A DNA stretch of 64,000 bases, taken from NCBI GenBank assembly GCA_036378735.1, contig DASUVX010000031.1, positions 9,856 to 73,855 on the forward strand, in the 5' to 3' direction. The DNA is from Pseudonocardiaceae bacterium. GTDB taxonomy: Bacteria; Actinomycetota; Actinomycetes; Mycobacteriales; Pseudonocardiaceae. How positions within the stretch are numbered: the first letter of the stretch is position 1; each line of letters starts with the position of its first letter. Made by a program: the position numbers and the translations under genes. Below the pieces are notes generated by a model that worked only from the letters and a program-made list of their open reading frames with translations, had not been told where the DNA came from and made no database searches. Positions 7,977 through 17,616 of the stretch are shown piece after piece.

Positions 7977-9065
7977 GTGAGCCGGCAAGATCGTCAGGAT
8001 CGAGCCATGCACCATCGAGATGGACGTTCGCCGCAGGACGTGGACGCGCAGGCCGTTGCCCAGCGCATCGTCGGCAACGTCGAGCGAGTGCTGGTCGGCA
8101 AGCCCGACGCGGTGCGCACCGCGTTGATCACCTTGCTCGCCGAGGGCCACCTACTGCTGGAGGACGTGCCCGGAGTGGGCAAGACCTCACTGGCCAAGGC
8201 GTTGGCCCGGTCGATCGACGGTACGGTCGCCCGGATCCAGTTCACCCCTGATCTGCTCCCCAGCGACATCACCGGGGTGTCCGTCTTCGATCGCAGCACC
8301 GGAGCATTCGAGTTTCGAACCGGCCCGGTCTTCGCCAACGTGGTGGTCGGCGACGAGATCAACCGGGCTTCTCCCAAAACCCAGTCCGCGCTTCTGGAGT
8401 GCATGGAAGAACGCCAAGTCACCGTCGATGGACACAGCTACGCACTGGACCGGCCGTTCATGGTGATCGCCACCCAGAACCCGGTGGAGATGGAAGGTAC
8501 CTACCCGTTGCCGGAAGCCCAACGGGACCGGTTCACCGCCCGGATCTCGCTTGGCTACCCCGACCCCGTCGCGGAGCTGGCGATGGTCGACGAGCACGCC
8601 GGCACCGACCCGTTCGACAGCCTGCAGCCGGTGTCCACCGCGGCCGAGGTGAGAACGTTATGCGAGGCGGTCCGCTTGGTGCACGTGTCGGCCGAGCTGC
8701 GACGCTATGTGGTGGAGGTGGTCGGAGCCACGAGGGCATTGCCCGAACTGCGGCTGGGTGCCTCACCGCGGGCCACGCTGCAGCTGATCCGCACCAGCCG
8801 GGCAAGGGCCGCGCTGGCCGGCCGGGACTTCGTGGTCCCCGATGACCCCCAGGCGATGGCACAGCCAGTGCTGTCCCACCGGCTGATGCTCACCGCCCAG
8901 GCCCAAGTCGACCGGGTGCGCCCGGAGGAGCTGATCACCGATGTGCTGGCGCGAGTGCCGGTACCCCAGGCGCCGAAGCAGCCAGCCCCCGGCAGGCTCG
9001 ATTCGCTGGACCTCGGAAACGGCCGCATCGCCACGTTGTGGCCCCGCTCACCACAGAGGAGCTAG
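7977..9065 (+). CDS. MoxR-family AAA+ ATPase
   Basis: Walker A GVPGVGKTS, Walker B VVVGDEINRA, and an AAA_3-like core. GTG 7977 lies 6 nt after AGGAGG. ATG 8007 is the alternative start. Confidence 0.88.
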   Translation: MSRQDRQDRAMHHRDGRSPQDVDAQAVAQRIVGNVERVLVGKPDAVRTALITLLAEGHLLLEDVPGVGKTSLAKALARSIDGTVARIQFTPDLLPSDITGVSVFDRSTGAFEFRTGPVFANVVVGDEINRASPKTQSALLECMEERQVTVDGHSYALDRPFMVIATQNPVEMEGTYPLPEAQRDRFTARISLGYPDPVAELAMVDEHAGTDPFDSLQPVSTAAEVRTLCEAVRLVHVSAELRRYVVEVVGATRALPELRLGASPRATLQLIRTSRARAALAGRDFVVPDDPQAMAQPVLSHRLMLTAQAQVDRVRPEELITDVLARVPVPQAPKQPAPGRLDSLDLGNGRIATLWPRSPQRS

Positions 9066-10319
9066 GTGCTCGGGCGGTTCGGCAGCTTGACCACCCGCGG
9101 CTGGTGCCTGCTCGCCGCCGGAGGGGGGATGGCATTGTGCGCGGCGCTGGTCGACGAACGGGATCTGCTGCGGGTGGCTGCCTTCGCCATGGTGCTTCCG
9201 GTGCTGGCCATCCTCGTCATCAGCCGGACCCGGATCGGGCTGCAGGCACAGCGAGAGGTGATGCCATCGCGGACGCCGGTCGGCAGCGACTGCCAGGTGC
9301 ACCTGACACTGCGCGGCACGGGGCGCTGGAGCGGCCGGCTGTTACTCGAGGACGTGGTCCCCCGCGCGCTGGGCGGCCGTCGCCGGGCCGTTGTGGCGCA
9401 GCTGCCGCCGCAGCATGAGGTGCAGGTGGCGTATGCGCTGCACCCGATGGAGCGCGCGGTGCACTCGCTGGGCCCACTGATCGGCCGAGTCACCGATCCA
9501 CTCGGGCTGGCGCACTGCCACCGCACGCTCGCCGGAACCAATCGGTTGGTGGTGCTGCCCGCCGTGGCGCCGCTGGTCGGATTGCCCGCCGGCGGCGAGT
9601 TCAGCGGCGGCACCGGGGGCGAGGCAGCGGTGGGCGCGGGCCCTGGTGCGGACGCCGTGGTGGTGCGCAGCTACCGGCAAGGCGATGACCTGCGCCGGGT
9701 GCACTGGCGCACGACCGCCCGGCGCGATGAGCTGATGGTCCGGGTCGAGGAGTGGGCGCAACGCGGTGGGATCACGGTGTTGCTGGACCACCGCGCCGCG
9801 GCGCACCGCGGCGCCGGCCCCACCTCAAGCCTGGAGTACGCGGTGTCGCTGGCCGCCAGCGTGTATGTCCACCTGCGGCAGCGCGGCATGCGGCTGCGGC
9901 TGGTCACCGTGGACGGCGCCGTGCTCGCGGGCGCCGGAGACGGCGGCGAATCTCCGACCGATACCGCGCTCGATGCGCTCGCCGCACTCTGCGCAACCGA
10001 TCAGCGCGATCTGACCGATATCCCGTTGACAGCCGGCAGCCAGGACGTGGTCGCGATCTTGGGAGCACTCGACCCGGCCGCTGTCGAACAGTTGCTGGTT
10101 CACCAGCCGCGCATTGCGCGCGGCCACGCGGTGCTGCTGGACGTCGCAGCGTGGGCCACCGACAGCGACGGCAAACTCGCCCCCAATCCGGCGAACGCCG
10201 CCCGGCTCCTCATCACTGCGGGCTGGTCGGTCGCGGTGGCTGACCCGCAACAGTCGCCGTCGACGGCGTGGGATCAGTTGTGCATCAGCTCGCACAACAG
10301 GCTTCGGGTGCCACGGTGA
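9066..10319 (+). CDS. DUF58 (vWA-like) protein, partner of MoxR
   Basis: Two N-terminal TM segments and the DUF58 signature YRQGDDLRRVHWRTTARRDELMVR. It starts directly after the moxR stop. Confidence 0.85.
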   Translation: MLGRFGSLTTRGWCLLAAGGGMALCAALVDERDLLRVAAFAMVLPVLAILVISRTRIGLQAQREVMPSRTPVGSDCQVHLTLRGTGRWSGRLLLEDVVPRALGGRRRAVVAQLPPQHEVQVAYALHPMERAVHSLGPLIGRVTDPLGLAHCHRTLAGTNRLVVLPAVAPLVGLPAGGEFSGGTGGEAAVGAGPGADAVVVRSYRQGDDLRRVHWRTTARRDELMVRVEEWAQRGGITVLLDHRAAAHRGAGPTSSLEYAVSLAASVYVHLRQRGMRLRLVTVDGAVLAGAGDGGESPTDTALDALAALCATDQRDLTDIPLTAGSQDVVAILGALDPAAVEQLLVHQPRIARGHAVLLDVAAWATDSDGKLAPNPANAARLLITAGWSVAVADPQQSPSTAWDQLCISSHNRLRVPR

Positions 10320-12637
10320 CCGGGTGGGCTGACCGCTGGCTCCCGGCCCCAGGCGCTGCAGTCGCCGGGGTCGCCGGGCTGGCCCTCGCCCTCGCGGCAA
10401 CATCGTTGACCGAGGTACTGGCGGGGCCGCGCTGGTGGAGCTACCTCGTTCTGAGTATCGCAGTGGTGGTCGCTTCCGGGGTGCTGCTGCGCTGGCTGCG
10501 GATGCCATCGATCGTGACCGCGGTCGGGCAACTTGCCGCCTTGATGGCGCTGGTCACCGCGGTATTCACCACCAGCGGCTGGCTGCTCGTGGTGCCTGGA
10601 TCGGCCAGCAGGTCGCAACTGGGCGGCGTGCTGGCCGGTGCGGCCCAGCAGATCCGGGTCGGCCTGCCTCCGCTCCCGGAGAGCACCGAACTGCTCTGCC
10701 TGGTCGTGATGGCGGTCGGGCTAGCGGCCGTTGTGGTGGATCTGTTGGCCGTATCACTTGCCGCGCCGGCCTGCGCCGGGCTGGTGCTGTTGGGCGTGAT
10801 CATCGTGCCCGCCGTGGTGTCCGATCACATGCTGCCCTGGTGGACTTTCGCGCTGAGTGCCGTGGGTTTCGCGCTGCTGCTCGCCGCCGACACCCACCGC
10901 CGGCAGAACGCCTGGGGAGACCCCGTCGTCTCTGGCAAGGTCGGCTATGGCCGGCCGGTCACCGCAGCAGTCGCGGTCACCGCCGGCGCGGTCGCGGCGG
11001 CGCTGTTCATCGGAGTGACAGCGACAGCAGTGGGAACCGGCCGGGTGACCAGGACCCGCAGTCAGGGACCGGTCATCGGCATCGGGCTCAATCCCTTCAC
11101 CTCGCTGCGCGGGCAGCTGTCAACCGAGCAAGCTTTGCCGCTGTTACGCGTCCACGGCCTGAGTCAGCGAACCTACCTTCGGGCCTTGACGCTGAGCCGG
11201 TTCGTCAACGGAGTGGGCTGGCAACAAGGTCCGCTGGACCCGGTAGTCCCGGCAGGCGACGAGGCAACCGAGCGGCTGCCGCTGCCGGCTGGGGTGGTCA
11301 GTCCGGTACCGGGCTCCACACTCGAGGTGCAGATCGTGCCGATCAACTACACGGACAGCTGGTTGCCGTCCTTCGGCTACCCGCTGGCGTTAGGCGGCAT
11401 CAGCCCGAGCTGGCAATACGACCCGAATGCGATCACCGTCTTCGCCGACCGCCGCCAGCGCGCGGAGCCCTACACCGAACTGGGCGTGCTGCCCCGGGCC
11501 GATTCCCAGTTGTTGCGGGCGGCGGGCCCCGGCGGCAGCGCTGCGTTCACCGCCGCCGACCCGCGCTACCTCGATACCGGCGGGGTGGATCGGCGAGTAG
11601 TCCAGCTCGCAGCGCGCGTCACGGCGGGCACGCACACTGCATTCGACGCCACCGTTGCGCTCAACCGCTGGTTCACCGAGCCCCGCAACGGATTCCGATA
11701 CGACCTGCGCACCGCTCCGGGCACCAGCGGGGACGCGCTGGTGGATTTCCTGTTCACCGGCCACCGGGGCTACTGCGAGCAGTTCGCCTCGGCGATGGCG
11801 ATCATGTTGCGAACGCAGCACGTGCCGGCCCGGGTCGCAGTCGGCTTCACGCCAGGCACCGTGATCGGCGACGCCAGATTGATCACCACTGACGACGCCC
11901 ACGCCTGGGTGGAGGCATGGTTCCCCGGGGCCGGGTGGCTGCCCTTCGACCCGACTCCACTGTCCGGTGCGCGCACCGTGCCACCCGTCTATGCCACCGG
12001 CCCCACGCCACCCAGCGGCTTGGCACTGCCGCCCAGACCGCCCCCGGTCCCCGTTTCGGCGCCGGCGCCGAGCCACCCGCTCGCCGCGGCGGCGCCGCGG
12101 TCGCTGCCCACCCGTTCCACGCCCGGTGCCGCCGTCAGGCTCGGCCTGACCGTGACCGGACTCCTGGGACTCGCCGTGCTGCTGGGCCTGGTCCCTGCGG
12201 GCGTGCGCGAGGGTTGCCGCCGGTGGCGGATGCATCTGGTCGGCGCCGGCGGCCCGCGGGCAGTGTCGGCCGCGTGGCAGGAGGTGTTGGCCGAATCCGC
12301 AGACCGCAGGGTGGTGCCTCCCGTTGGCGAGACCGTGCGGGCGACCGCACAACGATTAGTCGACGAACATGGCCTGGATGAGTCCGGTCAAGCCGGGCTG
12401 CGCGTCCTGGTTGATGCAGTCGAGCGAACCTGGTACGCCAGCGCACTCGACGCCGCAGGGGGCCGGCGCCGCGGTGGTCGCCGGCCTCGCGGCATGAATC
12501 GCGAAGTCCGGGCTGCCATGAACGCAGTGCTCACCAGCATGGTGCAATCCGCGCCACTGACCCGGACAGCCCGGCTACTACCACGCTCGGTGCTCTCGGT
12601 GCTGTGGCGATCCGCCCGGTATCGGGACGCCAGCTAG
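10316..12637 (+). CDS. Membrane transglutaminase-like protein (TgpA-type)
   Basis: Multiple N-terminal TM segments. Cys-His-Asp core GYCEQFASAMAIMLR ... DAHAWVEAWFPGAGWLPFDPT. GTG 10316 forms a GTGA overlap with the DUF58 stop. The track start 10268 is the alternative. Confidence 0.85.
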   Translation: MTGWADRWLPAPGAAVAGVAGLALALAATSLTEVLAGPRWWSYLVLSIAVVVASGVLLRWLRMPSIVTAVGQLAALMALVTAVFTTSGWLLVVPGSASRSQLGGVLAGAAQQIRVGLPPLPESTELLCLVVMAVGLAAVVVDLLAVSLAAPACAGLVLLGVIIVPAVVSDHMLPWWTFALSAVGFALLLAADTHRRQNAWGDPVVSGKVGYGRPVTAAVAVTAGAVAAALFIGVTATAVGTGRVTRTRSQGPVIGIGLNPFTSLRGQLSTEQALPLLRVHGLSQRTYLRALTLSRFVNGVGWQQGPLDPVVPAGDEATERLPLPAGVVSPVPGSTLEVQIVPINYTDSWLPSFGYPLALGGISPSWQYDPNAITVFADRRQRAEPYTELGVLPRADSQLLRAAGPGGSAAFTAADPRYLDTGGVDRRVVQLAARVTAGTHTAFDATVALNRWFTEPRNGFRYDLRTAPGTSGDALVDFLFTGHRGYCEQFASAMAIMLRTQHVPARVAVGFTPGTVIGDARLITTDDAHAWVEAWFPGAGWLPFDPTPLSGARTVPPVYATGPTPPSGLALPPRPPPVPVSAPAPSHPLAAAAPRSLPTRSTPGAAVRLGLTVTGLLGLAVLLGLVPAGVREGCRRWRMHLVGAGGPRAVSAAWQEVLAESADRRVVPPVGETVRATAQRLVDEHGLDESGQAGLRVLVDAVERTWYASALDAAGGRRRGGRRPRGMNREVRAAMNAVLTSMVQSAPLTRTARLLPRSVLSVLWRSARYRDAS

Positions 12638-13026
12638 TGCTCTTCGAAGCGGCGACGGAACCGTTGCTCCATCCGCTGAGCCAGCGTGCTACGGCTCTGG
12701 CCGGGAGACGAACGATCCGCCGATCCCGTCCGCCTGCCATCGCTGGACGGGCGGCGAGAAAAGATTGCCACGATGGCACCGGCGAACATCACCAAGAAAC
12801 CGACAACGCTGATAACCGGAACCCCGACCAGACGGTAAGGGAGCACTACACCAGCGATGAGGAGTAGCAAGCCCAGCACAAATAGCGCGATACCCTGAAT
12901 TCGGCGGCGTTGGGGCAGGCTTCGCATCCGGGCGCCCCGGACGTTCGACGCGAACTTGGGGTCCTCTGCATAGAGCGCGCGCTCGATCTGGTCGAGCAGA
13001 CGCTGCTCGTGCTCGGAGAGTGGCAT
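12634..13026 (-). CDS. DUF3040 membrane protein
   Basis: N-terminus MPLSEHEQRLLDQIERALYAEDPKF followed by two TM helices. ATG 13026 is preceded by GGAGGAGG. Confidence 0.8.
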   Translation of the reverse strand: MPLSEHEQRLLDQIERALYAEDPKFASNVRGARMRSLPQRRRIQGIALFVLGLLLLIAGVVLPYRLVGVPVISVVGFLVMFAGAIVAIFSRRPSSDGRRTGSADRSSPGQSRSTLAQRMEQRFRRRFEEH

Positions 13027-13144
13027 GGCTCCTCCTCCGGCACTACCGGTTGTCGACATTGTATCCGACCCCGACGGTACCTGTAGCTACCAGACAGCCA
13101 CCGTGGGCTCTTACCATGAGGATACGAGGCTGCGGCGGTGTCGA

Positions 13145-14470
13145 CTAGCCGATCTCGTTACCCGATTCAGGGGAGAGCTGGGATCGCCCGCCACCGGCGG
13201 GCCCGGGAGTATCCAGCAGCGTCGCCGGCCGTACGGCGGCGCTGCCGAACCGTGACCGAGCAGCATCTGCGGCACGTTCGGCGTCCGACCAGTGCGCGTG
13301 CATTCCCGCGCCGTCTGCGCCATCGAAGGTGAGCTGCTCAGCCACCGCGCCACGGCTCAACTGGTCAATCCGCACGCCCAACAACCGGACCAGCATTCCG
13401 GGGGGTAGGTGTGCGTCCAACAACTCGGCGGCCACTGTGTAGACCGTATGTGTCGAGTCCGTCGGATCGGCCAGTGTGCGCGACCGGCCGATGGTGGTGA
13501 AGTCGGGATGGCGGATCTTCAGCGCAATGGTGCGGCCCCGCAGGCCGCGGCGGCGTAACGCGGCCGTGGCCCGGTCGACCAGCCGCAGCAGCTCGCGCCG
13601 CAAGGCCGTCCGATCAGCTTCGTCGCGGGCGAAGGTCTGCTCTGCTCCCACCGACTTCTCCGGCAGGTTCGGCACTACCCGCCGGTCGTCCCGGCCGTTG
13701 GCGAGCTCGTGCAGGTGATGGGCGCTGGCGGCCCCCACGGCGCGCCGCAACGCGGGCAGCGGCATGCTCGCCACGTCGGCCACCGTAGTGCACCCCAGCC
13801 GGCGCAGCACTTGCGCGGTGCGCTGGCCGACACCCCACAACGCCGACAGGGGCAGCGGGTGCAGGAACTCCAGGACACCGTCGGCGGGCACTACCAGCAG
13901 TCCATCCGGTTTGGACAGCCCGGAGGCGAGCTTGGCGAGGAACTTGCTCGGCGCCACGCCCACCGAGCAGGTCACCCGGTGAGCGTCATAGACCTGCCCG
14001 CGAATCCATTCCCCGATCCTGGCTGGGGTCATGCCCAACCTGCGCACCGACCCGCCGACGTCGAGGAAGGCCTCGTCCAGGCTCAGCGGCTCGACCAGTG
14101 GGGTGATCTCATGGAACAGCGCCATGACGCCCTGCGAAACCTCGGCATAGCGCGGGAAATGCGGCGGCACGAACTCCGCTTGCGGGCACAGCCGGCGGGC
14201 ATGGGCCACCGGCATCGCCGAGCGGACCCCGAACGCGCGAGCCTGGTAACTCGCCGAGAGCACGACGCCGCGATCTCCGGTGGGACTGCCACCCGCTACG
14301 ACCACGGGGCGCCCGGCCAGCTCAGGGTGTTGGCGGATTTCGACGGACGCGTAGAAGGCATCCATGTCGATATGCAGCACAGGGCAGCCGGTGTCGTTCC
14401 GCTGGGCCCGGGTGCGGGTGTCCCGCTGGGCCCGGGTGCCGGACCGCGGCAGATCGGCACTACGTCCCAA
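13145..14470 (-). CDS. dinB: DNA polymerase IV (Y-family)
   Basis: Motif HIDMDAFYASVE plus the Y-family palm and little-finger layout. TTG 14470 sits just after the SD GGAGGGG. GTG 14380 (VLHIDMD) is the alternative start. Confidence 0.88.
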   Translation of the reverse strand: MGRSADLPRSGTRAQRDTRTRAQRNDTGCPVLHIDMDAFYASVEIRQHPELAGRPVVVAGGSPTGDRGVVLSASYQARAFGVRSAMPVAHARRLCPQAEFVPPHFPRYAEVSQGVMALFHEITPLVEPLSLDEAFLDVGGSVRRLGMTPARIGEWIRGQVYDAHRVTCSVGVAPSKFLAKLASGLSKPDGLLVVPADGVLEFLHPLPLSALWGVGQRTAQVLRRLGCTTVADVASMPLPALRRAVGAASAHHLHELANGRDDRRVVPNLPEKSVGAEQTFARDEADRTALRRELLRLVDRATAALRRRGLRGRTIALKIRHPDFTTIGRSRTLADPTDSTHTVYTVAAELLDAHLPPGMLVRLLGVRIDQLSRGAVAEQLTFDGADGAGMHAHWSDAERAADAARSRFGSAAVRPATLLDTPGPAGGGRSQLSPESGNEIG

Positions 14471-14484
14471 CTACCCCTCCACGA

Positions 14485-14500
14485 TCGAACGCACGTTCGA
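14485..14500. promoter_or_regulatory. LexA (SOS) box TCGAAC-gcac-GTTCGA
   Basis: A perfect match to the actinobacterial/mycobacterial SOS box TCGAAC-N4-GTTCGA, 15-30 nt upstream of the dinB TTG start. It was the only full match I found while scanning the window by eye. Confidence 0.7.
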
Positions 14501-14508
14501 GGCTCAGG

Positions 14509-15240
14509 CTATCGGAGAGCAGGCCGCCGGGCCAGGGCGTGCAACCGGGTGGCGATATCGCGCAGCGGAGCCCGACCGGCCGCGCACAACTCCAGCTCGG
14601 CCAGCGCTTCGGCGGCTCCCGGATGGGCTTCCAGGACGCCACCCGGCACCAGGTCGGCAACCACTCCGTCGCCCTGCACCAGCTCGATGCTCAACCCACT
14701 GGCCCGAACCAGCGCGACGAGACCATCGGTGTCAAAACGGCGCAACACCGGATCTGGCGAACCGAGCCGACCATCCGGATCGTCAAGTAACCGGCGCGCC
14801 TCCGCCAGCCGCCCGGCCAGCGCGCGGACCAGCACCGCCGCGTACCGGTTGGCCACCAGCACCGAGACCGCGCCGCCGGGCGCGGTGGCATCGGCCAGCG
14901 CCCACATCGTCACGGCGGGGTCCTCGACCACCTCGAGCACGCCGTGTCCGAGCACGAGATCGGCGTGCCCGGCCGGTACCGCATCAGGAAGCGAGTCGGC
15001 GTCACCCTGCACGGACCGCACCGATTCCTGCACGCCGGCTTCGGTGGCCCGGCGGTGCAGCGTGGCCAGCGCGTTGGGGCTCGGGTCCACCACCGTGACC
15101 AGGCAGCCGGAGCGCGCCAACGGCACGGCCCAGACGCCGCTGCCACCACCCACGTCCAGCACCCTGGGAGCAGCGCCCAGGCGTAGCCGAGCGGCGGCGA
15201 CCTCGGTCTCCAGCGCTCGGTGCACCGCGCAGGCTCGCAT
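14509..15240 (-). CDS. Class I SAM-dependent methyltransferase
   Basis: Motif I VLDVGGGSGVWAVPLA. The start was set to ATG 15240 (MRACAVHRALE). The rest of the 472-aa track ORF is antisense to the ParA-like gene. Confidence 0.75.
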   Translation of the reverse strand: MRACAVHRALETEVAAARLRLGAAPRVLDVGGGSGVWAVPLARSGCLVTVVDPSPNALATLHRRATEAGVQESVRSVQGDADSLPDAVPAGHADLVLGHGVLEVVEDPAVTMWALADATAPGGAVSVLVANRYAAVLVRALAGRLAEARRLLDDPDGRLGSPDPVLRRFDTDGLVALVRASGLSIELVQGDGVVADLVPGGVLEAHPGAAEALAELELCAAGRAPLRDIATRLHALARRPALR

Positions 15241-15336
15241 GCGCAGCACTGTAAAGGGCCGGGAGAGTAACGAGCTCGGCGGCAGGGAAGGGGCAGGGCC
15301 ACAACCGCTGAAATCCGGGCACCATAAGCTGCACCG

Positions 15337-16152
15337 GTGCGAACCGTGGCCGTGCTCAGCCTGAAAGGCGGGGTAGGTAAGACCTCCCTCGTACTTGGGT
15401 TGGCCGGGGCCGCCTTGGTGCGGAACATCCGGACGTTGGTCGTAGATCTCGACCCGCAGGGCAACTGCACCGCCACCCTGGATCCCGACACCACCAAGTG
15501 CACCGTGGCCGATGTGCTGGCCGACCCGAAACGTTCGGTGCTCAGCGAGGCGATCGCGCCCAGCGCATGGGGCGCGAGCCTGGATGTGTTGGTCGGCGGG
15601 GAGCAGACCGAGGAGCAGAACCGGCCGGATCCCAGCCGTACCGGCCTGCGGCGCCTGGACCGCGCGCTGTCCCAGCTGGACACGATCACCGACAATCCGC
15701 CGTACCGGCTGGTACTCCTGGACTGCCCGCCCTCGCTCGGCCAGCTGACCCGTTCGGCGCTGGTGGCCGCAGACCGGGCGTTGCTGATCACCGAACCCAC
15801 CATCTATGCCGTCGCGGGCGTGCAGCGCGCCTTCGAGGCCGTGCAGGCCGAACGGGAGCACAACCCTGACCTGCAACCGCTCGGCGTGGTAGTCAACCGG
15901 GTCCGCAGGTGGTCCAGCGAGCATCATTTCCGCATCAACGAACTGCGGGAAATCTTCGGGCCGCTGGTACTGCCCACCGTGCTACCGGACCGTTCGGCGG
16001 TACAGCAGGCTCAGGGCGCCGGACTACCGATTCAGCGCTGGGGCACTCCGGGGGCTCGGGAAGTTGCGGTCGCCATCGATTTGCTCCTGGCCCGGATGCT
16101 GCGCACCAGCCAGCTGCGCCGCCGCACCCACACCGACCCGCCCCAGACCTAA
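15337..16152 (+). CDS. Orphan ParA/MinD-family ATPase
   Basis: Deviant Walker A LKGGVGKTS, Walker B LVLLDCPPS, GTG start. No parB or parS is evident nearby. Confidence 0.8.
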   Translation: MRTVAVLSLKGGVGKTSLVLGLAGAALVRNIRTLVVDLDPQGNCTATLDPDTTKCTVADVLADPKRSVLSEAIAPSAWGASLDVLVGGEQTEEQNRPDPSRTGLRRLDRALSQLDTITDNPPYRLVLLDCPPSLGQLTRSALVAADRALLITEPTIYAVAGVQRAFEAVQAEREHNPDLQPLGVVVNRVRRWSSEHHFRINELREIFGPLVLPTVLPDRSAVQQAQGAGLPIQRWGTPGAREVAVAIDLLLARMLRTSQLRRRTHTDPPQT

Positions 16153-16174
16153 GCGGACGCCCCCTCCCACCGCG

Positions 16175-16210
16175 CGGTGTGTCGTGCTCCCGTGCCCGGT
16201 GTGTCGTGCT
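16175..16210. repeat. 22-bp tandem repeat, locus A (cggtgtgtcgtgctcccgtgcc plus a partial second unit)
   Basis: It shares the 15-mer GTGCCCGGTGTGTCG and the 22-bp period with locus B at 24285-24338. Confidence 0.6.
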
Positions 16211-16229
16211 TATCGGATCGCGCAGGACC

Positions 16230-16256
16230 TGTCACAGCCAAAGCCGCAATCTCGTC
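16230..16256 (+). promoter_or_regulatory. ECF41-type promoter TGTCACA-N16-CGTC upstream of doxX
   Basis: TGTCACA (16230-16236), then exactly 16 nt, then CGTC (16253-16256), about 50 nt upstream of the doxX ATG. It matches the promoter signature described for ECF41 sigma factors, recalled from memory. Confidence 0.65.
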
Positions 16257-16305
16257 TCCTGCACAGCATTCGACCGCGCGAGCCCAATCTCGAGGAGTAG
16301 CGCCG

Positions 16306-16674
16306 ATGAATACCGCAGTATGGATCTGTCAGGCCGTCCTGGCAGCACTTTTCCTGGCATCCGGGGCTGCGAAGATCAGCATGTCCCGGGATCGATTGCT
16401 GGCGACCGGCCAAACGGGGATCGCGCCGTTTCCCATGCCTGTGGTACGCGCGACGGCTGCTGCTGAGCTGCTCGCGGCCGCTGGCTTGATTGTTCCATGG
16501 GCAAGCGGTGTCCTACCGATGGTGACACCGCTTGCGGCAGTGGGATTGGCCGCCGTGATGGTCGGCGCGGCGTGCGCTCACTTACACCTGCATGAGCGGC
16601 TCACCGCTGGGGCGAACATGGTAATCCTGTCGGTGTGCGTCTTCGTCGCGGTGGCTCGTTTTACCGGGCACTGA
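16306..16674 (+). CDS. DoxX-family membrane protein
   Basis: Four TM helices (MNTAVWICQAVLAALFLASGAAKI...). ATG 16306 is preceded by GAGGAG. The upstream part of the track ORF is non-coding. Confidence 0.8.
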   Translation: MNTAVWICQAVLAALFLASGAAKISMSRDRLLATGQTGIAPFPMPVVRATAAAELLAAAGLIVPWASGVLPMVTPLAAVGLAAVMVGAACAHLHLHERLTAGANMVILSVCVFVAVARFTGH

Positions 16675-16707
16675 TCACGGGTTGGAACAGGAAACTGAGG
16701 ATCCCCG

Positions 16708-17616
16708 GTGAACCCGGTCGATATTGAGAGCCTCTACCGAGAACTGCGGCCCTACGGCTTCGCGATTGCCTACCGGATGCTCGGCAGCGTCAGCGAAGCT
16801 GAGGACGTGGTGCAGGAAGCATTCGTACGGCTGAGCCACACAAGAACTGATGAGATCGATAATCCAAAGGCTTACCTTGCAACCATCACCACCCGCCTGG
16901 CAATCGATGAGCTCCGCTCCGCTCGCAGCCAACGTGAGACCTACTTCGGTCCTTGGTTACCAGAGCCTCTGGTCAACGAGCACGCCGCAGACGTCGCCGA
17001 TGCCGCTGAAGCCGCGGAGTCATTGACCATGGCGTTTCTCGTCGTGCTCGAAAAGCTCTCACCCGTCGAACGGGCTGTCTTTCTGATGCGGGAAGTATTC
17101 GACTACGACTACGACGACATCGCTCGAATCGTCGGGAAGAGCCAGGCGAACTGCCGCCAACTCGCCAGGAGAGCCCGGCATCGAATCGAACGCGGCAAGC
17201 CTCGCTTCGAAGTCTCTCGCGAGGAACAGGCCGAACTGGCCGGGCGGTTTTTCGCCGCCTGCCAGGACGGCGACATGAATGAACTCGTTGCGTTGCTCGC
17301 CAGCAACGCGGCCTTCTATGGTGACGGCGGCAGCAAGGGCACCGGCGTGCCACATCCCGTCTACGGCCGCGACCAGGTGGCGAGGCTGCTGCTCGGGCTA
17401 TTTCGCTTCGCTCACCGGCTCGGTGTGCAACTGCGGGCCGCGGAGGTCAACGGCCAGCCGGGTGCTCGGTGTCTCGATCCGGCCGGCGGCCTGATCAACG
17501 TCCTCAGCCTCGACATCGCCGACGGCGCAGTCCAAACCGTCCGCTCGATTGTGAACCCTGACAAACTCCGCCATCTCGGGCCACTGTCACCGATCGGCCG
17601 CCGCAGCGGTGTGTGA
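16708..17616 (+). CDS. sigJ: ECF sigma factor, group ECF41 (SigJ-like) with a fused C-terminal SnoaL-like regulatory domain
   Basis: Sigma-2 and sigma-4 regions plus the three ECF41 signature motifs WLPEP, DGGSKG (DGGGK-like) and NPDKL. About 300 aa. No anti-sigma gene is adjacent. Confidence 0.88.
   Translation: MNPVDIESLYRELRPYGFAIAYRMLGSVSEAEDVVQEAFVRLSHTRTDEIDNPKAYLATITTRLAIDELRSARSQRETYFGPWLPEPLVNEHAADVADAAEAAESLTMAFLVVLEKLSPVERAVFLMREVFDYDYDDIARIVGKSQANCRQLARRARHRIERGKPRFEVSREEQAELAGRFFAACQDGDMNELVALLASNAAFYGDGGSKGTGVPHPVYGRDQVARLLLGLFRFAHRLGVQLRAAEVNGQPGARCLDPAGGLINVLSLDIADGAVQTVRSIVNPDKLRHLGPLSPIGRRSGV

Noticed and set aside
14509-15927. A 472-aa minus-strand ORF spanning the methyltransferase and the region antisense to the ParA-like gene.
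   Set aside because: The methyltransferase fold begins at ATG 15240. The upstream part lies opposite a ParA gene that has clear Walker motifs.
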